64,000 bases of DNA from Ranitomeya imitator (taxonomy: Eukaryota): NCBI RefSeq assembly GCF_032444005.1, contig NC_091285.1, positions 119,598,001 to 119,662,000 of the forward strand, written 5' to 3'. Shown one piece after another: positions 1 to 12,689 of this stretch (position 1 is the first letter of the stretch; each line of letters starts with the position of its first letter). The notes beneath the pieces are model-generated. The model made no database searches. It saw only the letters and a program-made list of their open reading frames with translations, and had not been told where the DNA came from. A program made the translations under genes and the position numbers.

Positions 1-28
1 GGTGAGCATTTATATTGGTATATGGTCT

Positions 29-2202
29 CCATCCTGGTATGTGCTGCTCCATCCTGCGCCCCCATCCTGTCATGTGCTGCTCCCATCCTGCGCCCCCTTT
101 CTGTCATGTGCTGCTCCCATCCTGCGCCTCCATTCTGTCATTTGCTGCTCCCATCCTGTCATTTGCTGCTCCCATCCTGCGCCCATTCTGTCATTTGCTG
201 CTCCCATCCTGCGTCCCCGTTCTGTCATTTGCTGCTGCCATCCTGCGCCCGTTCTGTCATGTGCTGCTGCCATCCTGTGCCCGTTGTCATGTGCTGCTGC
301 CATCCTGCGCCTGTTCTGTCATGTGCTGCTGCCATCCTGCGCCCGTTCTGTCATGTGCTGCTGCCATCCTGCGCCCGTTCTGTCATGTGCTGCTGCCATC
401 CTGCGCCCGTTCTGTCATGTGCTGCTGCCATCCTGCGCCCGTTCTGTCATGTGCTGCTGCCATCCTGCGCCCGTTCTGTCATGTGCTGCTGCCATCCTGC
501 GCCCGTTCTGTCATGTGCTGCTGCCATCCTGCGCCCGTTCTGTCATGTGCTGCTGCCATCCTGCGCCCGTTCTGTCATGTGCTGCTCCCATCCTGCGCCC
601 GTTCTGTCATGTGCTGCTGCCATCCTGCGCCCGTTCTGTCATGTGCTGCTGCCATCCTGCGCCCGTTCTGTCATGTGCTGCTGCCATCCTTCGCCCGTTC
701 TGTCATGTGCTGCTGCCATCCTTCGCCCGTTCTGTCATGTGCTGCTGCCATCCTGCGCCCGTTCTGTCATGTGCTGCTGCCATCCTGCGCCCGTTCTGTC
801 ATTTGCTGCTCCCATCCTGCGTCCCCGTTCTGTCATTTGCTGCTGCCATCCTTCGCCCGTTCTGTCACGTGCTGCTGCCATCCTGCGCCCGTTCTGTCAC
901 GTGCTGCGGCCATCCTGCGCCCGTTCTGTCACGTGCTGCTGCCATCCTGCGCCCGTTCTGTCATGTGTTGCGGCCATCCTGCGCCCGTTCTATCATGTGC
1001 TGCTGCCATCCTGCGCCCGTTCTGTCATGTGCTGCGGCCATCCTGCGCCCGTTCTGACATGTGCTGCTGCCATCCTGCGCCCGTTCTGTCATGTGCTGCT
1101 GCCATCCTGCGCCCGTTCTGTCATGTGCTGCTGCCATCCTGCGCCCGTTCTGTCATGTGCTGCTGCCATCCTGCGCCCGTTCTGTCATGTGCTGCTGCCA
1201 TCCTTCGCCCGTTCTGTCATGTGCTGCTGCCATCCTTCGCCCGTTCTGTCATTTGCTGCTCCCATCCTGCGTCCCCGTTCTGTCATTTGCTGCTGCCATC
1301 CTGCGCCCGTTCTGTCATGTGCTGCTGCCATCCTGCGCCCGTTCTGTCATGTGCTGCTGCCATCCTGCGCCCGTTCTGTCATGTGCTGCTGCCATCCTGC
1401 GCCCGTTCTGTCATGTGCTGCTGCCATCCTGCGCCCGTTCTGTCATGTGCTGCTGCCATCCTGCGCCCGTTCTGTCATGTGCTGCTGCCATCCTGCGCCC
1501 GTTCTGTCATGTGCTGCTGCCATCCTGCGCCCGTTCTGTCATGTGCTGCTGCCATCCTGCGCCCGTTCTGTCATGTGCTGCTCCCATCCTGCACCCGTTC
1601 TGTCATGTGCTGCTGCCATCCTGCGCCCGTTCTGTCATGTGCTGCTGCCATCCTGCGCCCGTTCTGTCATGTGCTGCTGCCATCCTGCGGCCGTTCTGTC
1701 ATGTGCTGCTGGCATCCTGCGCCCGTTCTGTCATGTGCTGCGGCCATCCTGCGCCCGTTCTGTCATGTGCTGCGGCCATCCTGCGCCCGTTCTGTCATGT
1801 GCTGCGGCCATCCTGCGCCCGTTCTGTCATGTGCTGCGGCCATCCTGCGCCCGTTCTGTCATGTGCTGCTGCCATCCTGCGCCCGTTCTGTCATGTGCTG
1901 CTGCCATCCTGCGCCCGTTCTGTCATGTGCTGCTGCCATCCTGCGCCCGTTCTGTTATGTGCTGCTGCTATCCTGCGCCCGTTCTGTCATGTGCTGCTGC
2001 CATCCTGCGCCTGTTCTGTCATGTGCTGCGGCCATCCTGCGCCCGTTCTGTCATGTGCTGCGGCCATCCTGTGCCCGTTCTGTCATGTGCTGCGGCCATC
2101 CTGCGCCCGTTCTGTCATGTGCTGCGGCCATCCTGCGCCCGTTCTGTCATGTGCTGCTGCCATCCTGCGCCCGTTCTGTCATGTGCTGCTCCCATCCTGC
2201 GC
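29..2202. repeat. 32-bp minisatellite (CCATCCTGCGCCCGTTCTGTCATGTGCTGCTG)n, about 65-68 copies
   Basis: Unit read directly from the sequence. It has no stop codon on the + strand, which explains the 351/742/994/516-aa ORFs. Confidence 0.97.
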
Positions 2203-2274
2203 CACCATTGTATTATATGCCCCCGAATGCTGCTGCCATATAAAAAAAAAAAAAAATACCATACTCACCTATCG

Positions 2275-2665
2275 TCCGGCTCCACTGCAGGTATATCTTC
2301 AAGAAAATGGCGCCGGAAAGCGGGGACTGCGCAGGCGCCGATTCCGGCAGCAGGAATCAGCGCCTGCGCAGTCCGCGCTTTCCGGCGCCATTTTCTTGAA
2401 GACACACCTGCAGTGGAGCCGGAGTGTGTCTTCAAGAAAATGGCGCCGGAAAGCGCGGACTGCGCAGGCGCCGATTCCGACAGCAGGAATCGGCGCCTGC
2501 GCAGTCCGCGCCCTCCGGAGCAGGGAGCAGAGGAGCCGGGAGACGGAGCCGCAAGCAGCGCTGGAACCGGGAAAGGTGAGTATACTTACCCTCCCTCCTG
2601 GCGGTCCCTGACTCTCCGGTGGAGATCGCGGTATGCGTTCAGTGCTTACGCATACCGCGATCTCC
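2275..2665. repeat. Cluster of near-perfect inverted repeats (hairpins at 2275-2423, 2452-2510, 2621-2665)
   Basis: 2275-2423 has ~70-bp arms around a 7-nt loop. A partial second copy follows, then GGAGATCGCGGTATGCGT/ACGCATACCGCGATCTCC. Confidence 0.9.
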
Positions 2666-2766
2666 CGGGAGCGTCGCTCTGTGAGGCCCAGACTGCGCCG
2701 GCGCTTGCGCTTGCGCAGTCTATAGAGGCTTCGGACAGAGTGACGCTCCCAGCGTTATATTATAGA

Positions 2767-3226
2767 CTAGAGAGAGTACAAAGGAGGGCAACAAAATTAA
2801 TGAAGGGGATGGGAGAACTACAATACCCAGATAGATTAGCGAAATTAGGATTATTTAGTCTAGAAAAAAGACGACTGAGGGGCGATCTAATAACCATGTA
2901 TAAGTATATAAGGGGACAATACAAATATCTCGCTGAGGATCTGTTTATACCAAGGAAGGTGACGGGCACCAACATAGAAGAGGATTCTTTACTGTTAGGG
3001 CAGTGAGAATCTGGAATTGCTTGCCTGAGGAGGTGGTGATGGCGAACTCAGTCGAAGGGTTCAAGAGAGGCCTGGATGTCTTCCTGGAGCAGAACAATAT
3101 TGTATCATACAATTAGGTTCTGTAGAAGGACGTAGATCTGGGGATTTATTATGATGGAATATAGGCTGAACTGGATGGACAAATGTCTTTTTTCGGCCTT
3201 ACTAACTATGTTGCTATGTTACTATG
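2767..3226 (+). mobile_element. CR1 LINE 3' fragment with a 43-bp internal deletion
   Basis: Encodes [11 protein letters not shown]...LGLFSLEKRRLRGDLITMYKY, has a (TATGTTAC)n-type tail, and is nearly identical to the 3' end of the CR1 at 10131-12689. Confidence 0.95.
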
Positions 3227-3416
3227 AGGGGCTAAGTGAGGGCACAACAGAGATCTTCCTGGAAGAGAGTCATATAGGGCCTAGCTTGCAGCTTGAGCAG
3301 ACCTTTGGTCTGGTTTGTCAACAGAACCATATGGAAGTGGGTGACCTTGTGGTGAGAGGGAGAGGACCGCACAGATAGTAAGACTGCACACTTAATATTT
3401 GAGTATTAGATAGTAA

Positions 3417-3801
3417 AGGTACCGTCACATTAAGCAACTTACCAATGAGAACTACAGCGATCCGTGATGTTGCAGCATCCTGGATAGCGATCTCGTTGTG
3501 TTTGACACGCAGCAGCGATCAGGATCCCACTGTGACATCGCTGGTCATCGCTGAAAGTCCGGAACTTTATTTGGTCATCAGGTCGGCGTGATTTGTCATG
3601 TTTGACAGCAAAAGCAACGATGCCTGCCATGTTTTTCCATGGAGCGAAGAACCAGCGAGAACGATAAGTATGTCACTGGATCACTCCTACATCGTTCTGC
3701 TGTTGCTGTGTTTGACGTCTCCTAGCGACCTAAACAGCGACGCTGCAGCGATCGGCATCATTGCCTATATCGCTGCAGCGTCGCTTAATGTGACGGTACC
3801 T
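3417..3801. mobile_element. PIF/Harbinger-type MITE
   Basis: TIR AGGTACCGTCACATTAAGC and TAA target duplication at 3414-3416 and 3802-3804. Confidence 0.85.
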
Positions 3802-4122
3802 TAAGACTCAGCAGAGAAAGGAGAAAGCTGTAAGAAAAGTAAATAGCAGCCCAGAGTCAGGACAGAAATAATGAGAGAGCAAAGAAAAAAGTATTGGGGC
3901 CTGGGGCAGGAAGCCTATCAGTACTGTACACAGTCATCTGCCAGTATGGTATTGCAGAGTTAAGGGAAGGTGAAACATGACAAAGAGTAGAGCAAATGCC
4001 CCATGTTGTAGTCCAAAGGCATCAGTAAAAAAGGAAGCAGGTTGGAGTTTAGGACTGTGAAGTTATCAAGAATGAAGGAATATTCCGAATTAGTGTGCTG
4101 GGCTGTGCTAAGAGAAGAGTAA

Positions 4123-4846
4123 AGGTACCGTCACACATAGCGACGCTGCAGCGATACCGACAACGATTCGGATCGCTGCAGCGTCGCTGTTTGGTCGCTG
4201 GAGAGCTGTCACACAGACAGCTCTCCAGCGACCAACGATCCCGAGGTCCCCGGTAACCAGGGTAAACATCGGGTAACTAAGCGCAGGGCCGTGCTTAGTA
4301 ACCCGATGTTTACCCTGGTTACCATCCTAAAAAGTAAAAAAACAAACGCTACATACTTACCTTCTGCTGTCTGTCCTCGGCGCTCTGCTTCTCTAGTCTG
4401 GCTGTGAGCGCCGGGCAGCCAGAAAGCAGAGCGGTGACGTCACCGCTCTGCTTTCCGGCTGACCGACGCTCACAGCCAGAGCAGGAGGAGAGCAGAGCAC
4501 AGCGCTGGAGGACAGACGGCTGTAGGTAAGTATGTAGTGTTTGTTTTTTTACTTTTAGGATGGTAACCAGGGTAAACATCGGGTTACTAAGCGCGGCCCT
4601 GCGCTTAGTTACCCGATGTTTACCCTGGTTACCAGCAAAGACATCGCTGAATCGGTGTCACACACGCCGATTCAGCGATGTCTACGGGGAGTCCAGCGAC
4701 GAAACAAAGTTCTGGACTTTCTTCCCCGACCAGCGATCTCCCAGCAGGGGCCTGATCGCTGCTGCCTGTCACACTGGACGATATCGCTAGCGAGGACGCT
4801 GCAACGTCACGGATCGCTAGCGATATCGTCTAGTGTGACGGTACCT
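4123..4846. mobile_element. PIF/Harbinger-type MITE with nested palindromic core
   Basis: TIR AGGTACCGTCACAC and TAA TSD (4120-4122, 4847-4849). Same family as 60772-61485. Confidence 0.9.
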
Positions 4847-4849
4847 TAA

Positions 4850-5243
4850 GGCTATGTGCACACATTGCAGATTGGTGTGCGGATTTTTCTGCACTGTTTT
4901 TGCAAAATCTGCAGGTAAACCGCACTTCAGATTACCCGTGGATTTGCCGAGGATTTACCGCGGTTTTTGTGCAGTTTTTGTGCGGATTCCACCTGCTGTT
5001 TTACACCTGTGGATTCCTATTGAGGAGCAGGTGTAAACCACTGCGGAATCCGCACAAAGAATTGACATGCTGCGGAAAAAACACTGCTGCTTTTCCGCAC
5101 ATTTTTTTCTGCAGCATGTGCACTGCGGATTTTGATTCCGTATGTTTACATGGTACTGTACAACGCAAGGAAAACTGCTGCAGATCCGCAGCGTCAAATC
5201 CGCTGAGGATTCGCAGCAAAATCCGCCACGTGTGCACATAGCC
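4850..5243. mobile_element. PIF/Harbinger-type MITE abutting the previous element
   Basis: TIR GGCTATGTGCACAC. Left TAA is shared with the preceding MITE; right flank is GAA. Confidence 0.85.
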
Positions 5244-8200
5244 GAAGTAACCGGGGAAGGCAGAGTATTTCCAGGAAAGGAAATGTGTGTGATGATGCTT
5301 CTTGGCCAACAAATGTCCTTGAAGATAAATGCCTACTATCTGCTGTATACAGATCATACCAATTTTATTTAAGCAAAATATGTTTAGTTATGAAATGTAG
5401 TCTGCCTCAAAAAAGTCTGTAACATCTGGTCCTGGCCAGCTGAAGACAATGGCACCATGTGGTCTGCAGAGGCGTAAAAGTCCAAACACCCAGTCAGCAC
5501 CCGTATTTTCATGTTGAGTGCAGGGGCATGGAACATGAGTACCTTACCCATAGCTACTGCCCTCAGTCATGTTACACTTACATCCCTAATGTCAAAAGAT
5601 GTCTGATAACTAATCATGTGAAAGCCTAAAGAAATTGTGCAGTCTGTTATCATGCAAAATTACAAAAAATGTATAAAAATGTGAAAACAACCTAAGCATG
5701 AATATCTGGCTATATCCCAGCAATGAATAAAGATCTCATAATGGCAATAAACACTAAAACTCCTGCCAACGACAGCGAAAAGAAGTAACTCAGATAGTAA
5801 TATGCAGTATAATTAGACGTTAGGTGACCCACCAAACCCAAAGCACATTTCACTATGCTGTATTAATCATCATTCTTGAGAGACATAATGTATGTAAAGA
5901 GGGCCAAACATTCTAAACAAATTTTTGTCAGCTATATTTTCAAATGGTGTCAAATTTAGTCTCACTATGTCAAATCTTACACTGAATTATAGTAATAGTT
6001 TCTTAATAGCACAGATGGCATTGTCATACACTATACACAGATTATAGCAGATATCACATTTCAATCAGTATCAAGAGGAATCAAAACAAAACAAACTTGT
6101 TATATCAGATTCCCTTTAATGTTCCACACATGAACAAACCTAAAGCTACTTCAGCTTTCCAGAAATCAAAGAGCATGGAGAAATACTGTGAGCTGTAATG
6201 AGCTGCAGATTATTCAAGAAGTGAACTGGTTAAATATCTTTGGATGTAGCACATACACCTATTGTAACTAGTGCTCACTTAAACATCAATAGTCAGATTA
6301 TCAAACTTTGCTGGCTGCATTTGTACATCTGTCTGCTCCAACAAGACTCAGGGCAGCAGACTTTAGTCTATTAGAATGACAGGTAGGCCTCCTTCTAACA
6401 ACCGCTTTTTACTCTCCCTGACAAATGCGCTCTGTGCCATATTTGACATATGTGTCGTAATCAGGACTGATGGATAGGGACGCCAGCTCTGCCGAAAGTA
6501 CCCCCCGATTTAATGTGAGCGATTTGTCAAACGTGCTACGGTTGCACTGCTGTCAGACACAGACCAGAAAACATTCTGTCATCTCTGCACTAACCAAGGT
6601 CGTTTTGGCAGGTGCAGAAGAGATCTCCAAGAGATGTCCATGGTCGTAGATGGTAATATGACTGGCCTACTTTTCATGTCTGATATTGTTACAGCCAAAA
6701 TAACATGTAAAATATGAATCAATGACATAAAAGATATGCTATTATGTTAAGTGATAACCACACAATGGAAATAAACCTTAAATAAACAGCATCCAGTTAC
6801 ACAATATCTTAGCATTTAGGGTAAAACAGGCCAGAGGAGAAAGCCTGAACAACACTGCTTAAACTTAATAGAGATGATAGTGGACTCAGGGGATGCACGA
6901 CACAAAAGTACTTTGCAAACAATTGCAAAATTGAGATTCATATGTAACAATCGCCAGCTTGTCAGGGTGCAAGGCCTAAGCTATATTTATTTCTCACATT
7001 TGGATAATATGTCTTAAGCATGTGTAGATTTTCCCAGAAATAACAAGCACATACTCTAATGTCATAGGCAAATACTATATGGCATATACAGCAAACATAG
7101 CATACATCTACACAGTATCCTTCTGGACAATAAACATACACAACATAGAAAGCCAATACAGAACAAAAGAGATTGCCTCAGGTTATTAAATGGTTAAAAA
7201 TGCTCTTGTAAAAACTTTTACCTCTTGTTAAAAATCTTCAGTTTTACAGTTTACCGACTTATCTGTGGTCTCAGAGTGGTGGCTAATCATAGCACTGAGT
7301 GCTCAGCGTACATATATGTCACATGCATCAATGGTATCAATAACAAATAAAGTGCGGCACACATAACAAGCCTTCATGTAGACCTATCAGAAAAATAAAA
7401 CAGGTACATTTCATAAAAATATATTTTAGCCGGCTTAATAAGTAAAAAAAAACCTATTCAAGTTTATACACAGACATTTGTGCAAACAAAATACAAAAAA
7501 CGATGGCAGGAAGGCTTTTTTTTCAATATCCTCCCACTCGTCATTTTTCCCCCAATTTTTCAGTACATTGAATATTTAATTGATTGGTGTCTTGAAAACA
7601 ACTTATCAAACAAAAACAACCCCTTTCACAGCTATTATTGCAATGGAATATAATTGGTATTGTACCTGGAAAAAGGATAGGAGAAAAACAAAGAACAAAA
7701 ATGAAAAACAAAATATCCCTGTCCTGAAAGAGCTAATACTGATATTTTCTAATGTGACAGCTAAAAGTATAAAAAACATGTTAACTAATCCTTACAGGTC
7801 AAGGCATCCAGGGAGAAAGCAATCTTTATGAAATTCTGTGATGTATTTTACACCCAGTGCACAGCTCAGCTAAAAACTTCTTTCCTTTTTTATTCCAAAA
7901 TTCATTGTTATATTTTGGTCTAATCATTCTTATGAGGAAAAGAGCACAGTATCCACAAATATTGGTGTAGTTTAGAAGACTTTCTAATTCCATGCAAACC
8001 ACGTATAGAAAATGTATTTTTCAAGCAGAAAAAAGGATGGGAATATATGAAGACTATAAGAAATGTCATTCAATTAAGTCATGAATTAAACTACATAAAT
8101 GATTATGGTGAGGTATTATAGTACAGGTTAATTCTCTAGCCAGGAACCAACAGAGACACTGTGCATAGAGATAACCCGCAATTTATGTCCACCATCCCTT

Positions 8201-8636
8201 GCAGCTGTGTCAGTCAATCAGAAAATAGATACCGTAATACTAAGGGGTTGCAGCAGACAAAAATTTGTGTCTCTTGATAAAAACGTCATCTAGATACTAT
8301 ATATAAGCATTGCTGTCGCCAACAGGAGAAATACAGTGCATACCATACAGCACTGACCAGCCTTACCTTTCCACAATTCATCAAAAAGAAAGTATTCCCA
8401 TATTATAAAGCAAGTATAGTTAGACAATGTGAAAATAAGCACGTGTCTTGATTTTTCCACTTGCTCTCATTCAACTGCAATGAGAACTTTGCTTTCAAAA
8501 TATTTTATTGAATTTTAACTTTAACCGGTAAGGATTGGTCAGGAAAGGGAGGAGGGGAAAGGGTGGGGTATGGAGGTAGGGAAAAACAAACCCCCTAACA
8601 ATAGGGGAGACAGGCGTTCATACAATAGAATTGTAT

Positions 8637-8825
8637 AAACATAGTAAGATAACAAGTACTTTGTGCAGTTTCGCTAAAACATAGTGGTTTAGGTTGGAAT
8701 AACGCAATAGGCTATAAAACTGACCTAGGTAAACACAATAAGATAATAAGTACTTTGTGCAGTTTCGCTAAAACATAGTAGTTTAGGATGGAATAACGCA
8801 ATAAGCTATTAAACTAACATATGTA
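8637..8825. repeat. Two-copy ~94-bp tandem duplication in the HAL1-like 3' UTR
   Basis: AAGTACTTTGTGCAGTTTCGCTAAAACATAG occurs at 8654 and 8748. Confidence 0.9.
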
Positions 8826-10130
8826 AAGTTTTATGTAGAATCGTTGAGTAAGCATCTAATACCATAATGATTAACTAGTAGGTAGTAGTATACGAAAGCC
8901 TGTTATGAACTTTTGCTTAATGTATGGTATGTATCAACTCTGAAGCTGTTCAGTAAAAATAGATAGTATGTAAAGGTCTGTCGACGCGAGGTCATCTCCA
9001 GATGACCCTCGGACCGTTGGTGGGTCAATGTCCGGTTCAAATCAGTAAGAATAGTAAGTGGAGAATTAGCAAGTAGCATGAGGACTGTTAGTTGGCTGGG
9101 CTATTTGTAGGCCAAGAAGAGAGATTACATGGGATAAGAAGAGTCTGTTGAGGGTGAGAACGAGCGGTTGTGAGAGCCCGATGAGTGAAGTATGCCGATT
9201 TTTTCCAAAAAGACGATTCCTTCTTCCGGAGTTGCGATGAGAGTTAGTTTTGATGCATATTTGACTCGTATGGTGGAAGTCTGAGACCAATAATAGGGAA
9301 TTCCTGTGCGTAGTAGTTCTCTAGTAACGCAATCAAATGATTTCCTTTTTTGGATCGTGGCTTTAGACAAGTCTTTGAACAGAGTTATTTTGTCATATGG
9401 ACTTGGGAGGGTTTTAAATTCTTTGTCAAGTCTAAAAGGTCATTCCTTACCCACCTAGGGTAAAAGGATACTATAACGTCTCTTGCAACGTCTGGAGGGA
9501 GAGATGGTGGCCTTGGGATTCTGTATGACCTCTCAACCAGATTCGTCACTCTGGAGGTGGGTAACAGCTTGGATATCATGGTGGAGATGTAGTTTTTTAA
9601 TTGGAAGGGTTGGATCGCCTCAGGGATCCCATCTGATTTTTAAGTTGTTCTTTCTTTTAAAGTCCTCATATTTGATTAGGTCTTCCCTAAATAAGAGGAT
9701 GTCGTTTTTTATCCTTTCCAGGGAGTCTGAGTATAGGGACGGGTTATTAGTATCCTTTGGAGGTGGGGTTTTACCGTTTTGGAGTATCCTGTCGGCTGTT
9801 TTTGGAGTGAGTGAAGAAAGGTTGTGGGCTTTAGTAGGAATAGGTTTGGGGGCTTTCACAATGGCTGACAGTGTGTCTGTTAGTAGTTTTTTGATAAAAG
9901 CCTCTGAGGCCGTTGTTTCAAGGTCAGATGTCAAATTGTATTTGATGCCGAAGTCTCCTCCTGTGGTGTTCACCGATGATAAAAAGGCCTCACATATTTT
10001 AACCATAAATCCGACAGATGGAGAATTTTTTGAAGCGGGAATGCTGTCCATTATGAGCAAATTATGGGAGTATATCCTAGACTCCCTTGAAGTATGCCTC
10101 AGATTAGGGTTCTTTGTAGTAGAGTGTTGT

Positions 10131-12689
10131 AACATAGTAACATAGTAACATAGTTAGTAAGGCCGAAAAAAGACATTTGTCCATCCAGTTCAGCCTATAT
10201 TCCATCATAATAAATCCCCAGATCTACGTCCTTCTACAGAACCTAATTGTATGATACAATATTGTTCTGCTCCAGGAAGACATCCAGGCCTCTCTTGAAC
10301 CCCTCGACTGAGTTCGCCATCACCACCTCCTCAGGCAAGCAATTCCAGATTCTCACTGCCCTAACAGTAAAGAATCCTCTTCTATGTTGGTGGAAAAACC
10401 TTCTCTCCTCCAGACGCAAAGAATGCCCCCTTGTGCCCGTCACCTTCCTTGGTATAAACAGATCCTCAGCGAGATATTTGTATTGTCCCCTTATATACTT
10501 ATACATGGTTATTAGATCGCCCCTCAGTCGTCTTTTTTCTAGACTAAATAATCCTAATTTCGCTAATCTATCTGGGTATTGTAGTTCTCCCATCCCCTTT
10601 ATTAATTTTGTTGCCCTCCTTTGTACTCTCTCTAGTTCCATTATATCCTTCCTGAGCACCGGTGCCCAAAACTGGACACAGTACTCAATGTGCGGTCTAA
10701 CTAGGGATTTGTACAGAGGCAGTATAATGCTCTCATCATGTGTATCCAGACCTCTTTTAATGCACCCCATGATCCTGTTTGCCTTGGCAGCTGCTGCCTG
10801 GCACTGGCTGCTCCAGGTAAGTTTATCATTAACTAGGATCCCCAAGTTCTTCTCCCTGTCAGATTTACCCAGTGGTTTCCCATTCAGTGTGTAATGGTGA
10901 CATTGATTCCTTCTTCCCATGTGTATAACCTTACATTTATCATTGTTAAACCTCATCTGCCACCTTTCAGCCCAAGTTTCCAACTTATCCAGATCCATCT
11001 GTAGCAGAATACTATCTTCTCTTGTATTAACTGCTTTACATAGTTTTGTATCATCTGCAAATATCGATATTTTACTGTGTAAACCTTCTAAAAGATCATT
11101 AATGAATATGTTGAAGAGAACAGGTCCCAATACTGACCCCTGCGGTACCCCACTGGTCACAGCGACCCAGTTAGAGACTATACCATTTATAACCACCCTC
11201 TGCTTTCTATCACTAAGCCAGTTACTAACCCATTTACACACAATTTCCCCCAGACCAAGCATTCTCATTTTGTGTACCAACCTCTTGTGCGGCACGGTAT
11301 CAAACGCTTTGGAAAAATCGAGATATACCACGTCCAATGACTCACCGTTGTCCAGCCTATAGCTTACCTCTTCATAAAAACTGATTAGATTGGTTTGACA
11401 GGAGCGATTTCTCATAAACCCATGCTGATATGGAGTTAAACAGTTATTCTCATTGAGATAATCCAGAATAACATCCCTCAGAAACCCTTCAAATATTTTA
11501 CCAACAATAGAGGTTAGACTTACTGGCCTATAATTTCCAGGTTCACTTTTAGAGCCCTTTTTGAATATTGGCACCACATTTGCTATGTGCCAATCCTGCG
11601 GAACAGACCCTGTCGCTATAGAGTCCCTAAAAATAAGAAATAATGGTTTATCTATTACATTACTTAGTTCTCTTAGTACTCGTGGGTGTATGCCATCCGG
11701 ACCCGGAGATTTATCTATTTTAATCTTATTTAGCCGGTTTCGCACCTCTTCTTGGGTTAGATTGGTGACCCTTAATATAGGGTTTTCATTGTTTCTTGGG
11801 ATTTCACCTAGCATTTCATTTTCCACCGTGAATACCGTGGAGAAGAAGGTGTTTAATATGTTAGCTTTTTCCTCGTCATCTACAACCATTCTTTCCTCAC
11901 TATTTTTTAAGGGGCCTACATTTTCAGTTTTTATTCTTTTACTATTGATATAGTTGAAGAACAGTTTGGGATTAGTTTTACTCTCCTTAGCAATGTGCTT
12001 CTCTGTTTCCTTTTTGGCAGCTTTAATTAGTTTTTTAGATAAAGTATTTTTCTCCCTATAGTTTTTTAGAGCTTCAATGGTGCCATCCTGCTTTAGTAGT
12101 GCAAATGCTTTCTTTTTACTGTTAATTGCCTGTCTTACTTCTTTGTTTAGCCACATTGGGTTTTTCCTATTTCTAGTCCTTTTATTCCCACAAGGTATAA
12201 ACCGCTTACACTGCCTATTTAGGATGTTCTTAAACATTTCCCATTTATTATCTGTATTCTTATTTCTGAGGATATTGTCCCAGTCTACCAGATTAAGGGC
12301 ATCTCTAAGCTGGTCAAACTTTGCCTTCCTAAAGTTCAGTGTTTTTGTGACTCCCTGACAAGTCCCCCTAGTGAAAGACAGGTGAAACTGTACAATATTG
12401 TGGTCGCTATTTCCTAGATGCCCGACCACCTGCAGATTTGTTATTCTGTCAGGTCTATTAGATAGTATTAGGTCTAAAAGTGCTGCTCCTCTGGTTGGAT
12501 TCTGCACCAATTGTGAAAGATAATTTTTCTTGGTTATTAGCAGAAACCTGTTGCCTTTATGGGTTTCACAGGTTTCTGTTTCCCAGTTAATATCCGGGTA
12601 GTTAAAGTCCCCCATAACCAGGACCTCATTATGGGTTGCAGCTTCATCTATCTGCTTTAGAAGTAGACTTTCCATGGTTTCTGTTATTT
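10131..12689 (-). mobile_element. 5'-truncated CR1 LINE with stop-free ORF2 remainder (C-terminal half of APE endonuclease, complete RT, C-terminus) and intact 3' tail
   Basis: Motifs MGDFNYPDINW, LLDLILSN, LGNSDHN, NYRPVSLTS, YLDFSKAFD, SGVPQGSVLGP, IFADDTKL. (TATGTTAC)n tail and 5-bp TSD GTTGT at 10126-10130 and 12690-12694. Confidence 0.96.

Larger units (their letters stand above)
1..2766 (-). mobile_element. Non-autonomous element carrying the 32-bp array; possibly Helitron-like; other end lies outside the window
   Basis: Tandem array followed by a CpG-rich palindromic core (2260-2760). Minus-strand terminus TCTATAATATAACGCTGGG resembles Helitron 5' TC ends. No TIR or TSD visible, so the superfamily call is weak. 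Confidence 0.4.

Noticed and set aside
29-2202. CRISPR-like array (32-bp period)
   Set aside because: Units are head-to-tail with no unique spacers and no cas genes, and the context is eukaryotic.
2-3006. Very long Cys/Ala/Pro-rich ORFs (351-994 aa)
   Set aside because: They are translations of a stop-free 32-bp repeat, open in all three + frames. The end of the 994-aa ORF simply runs into a CR1 fragment.
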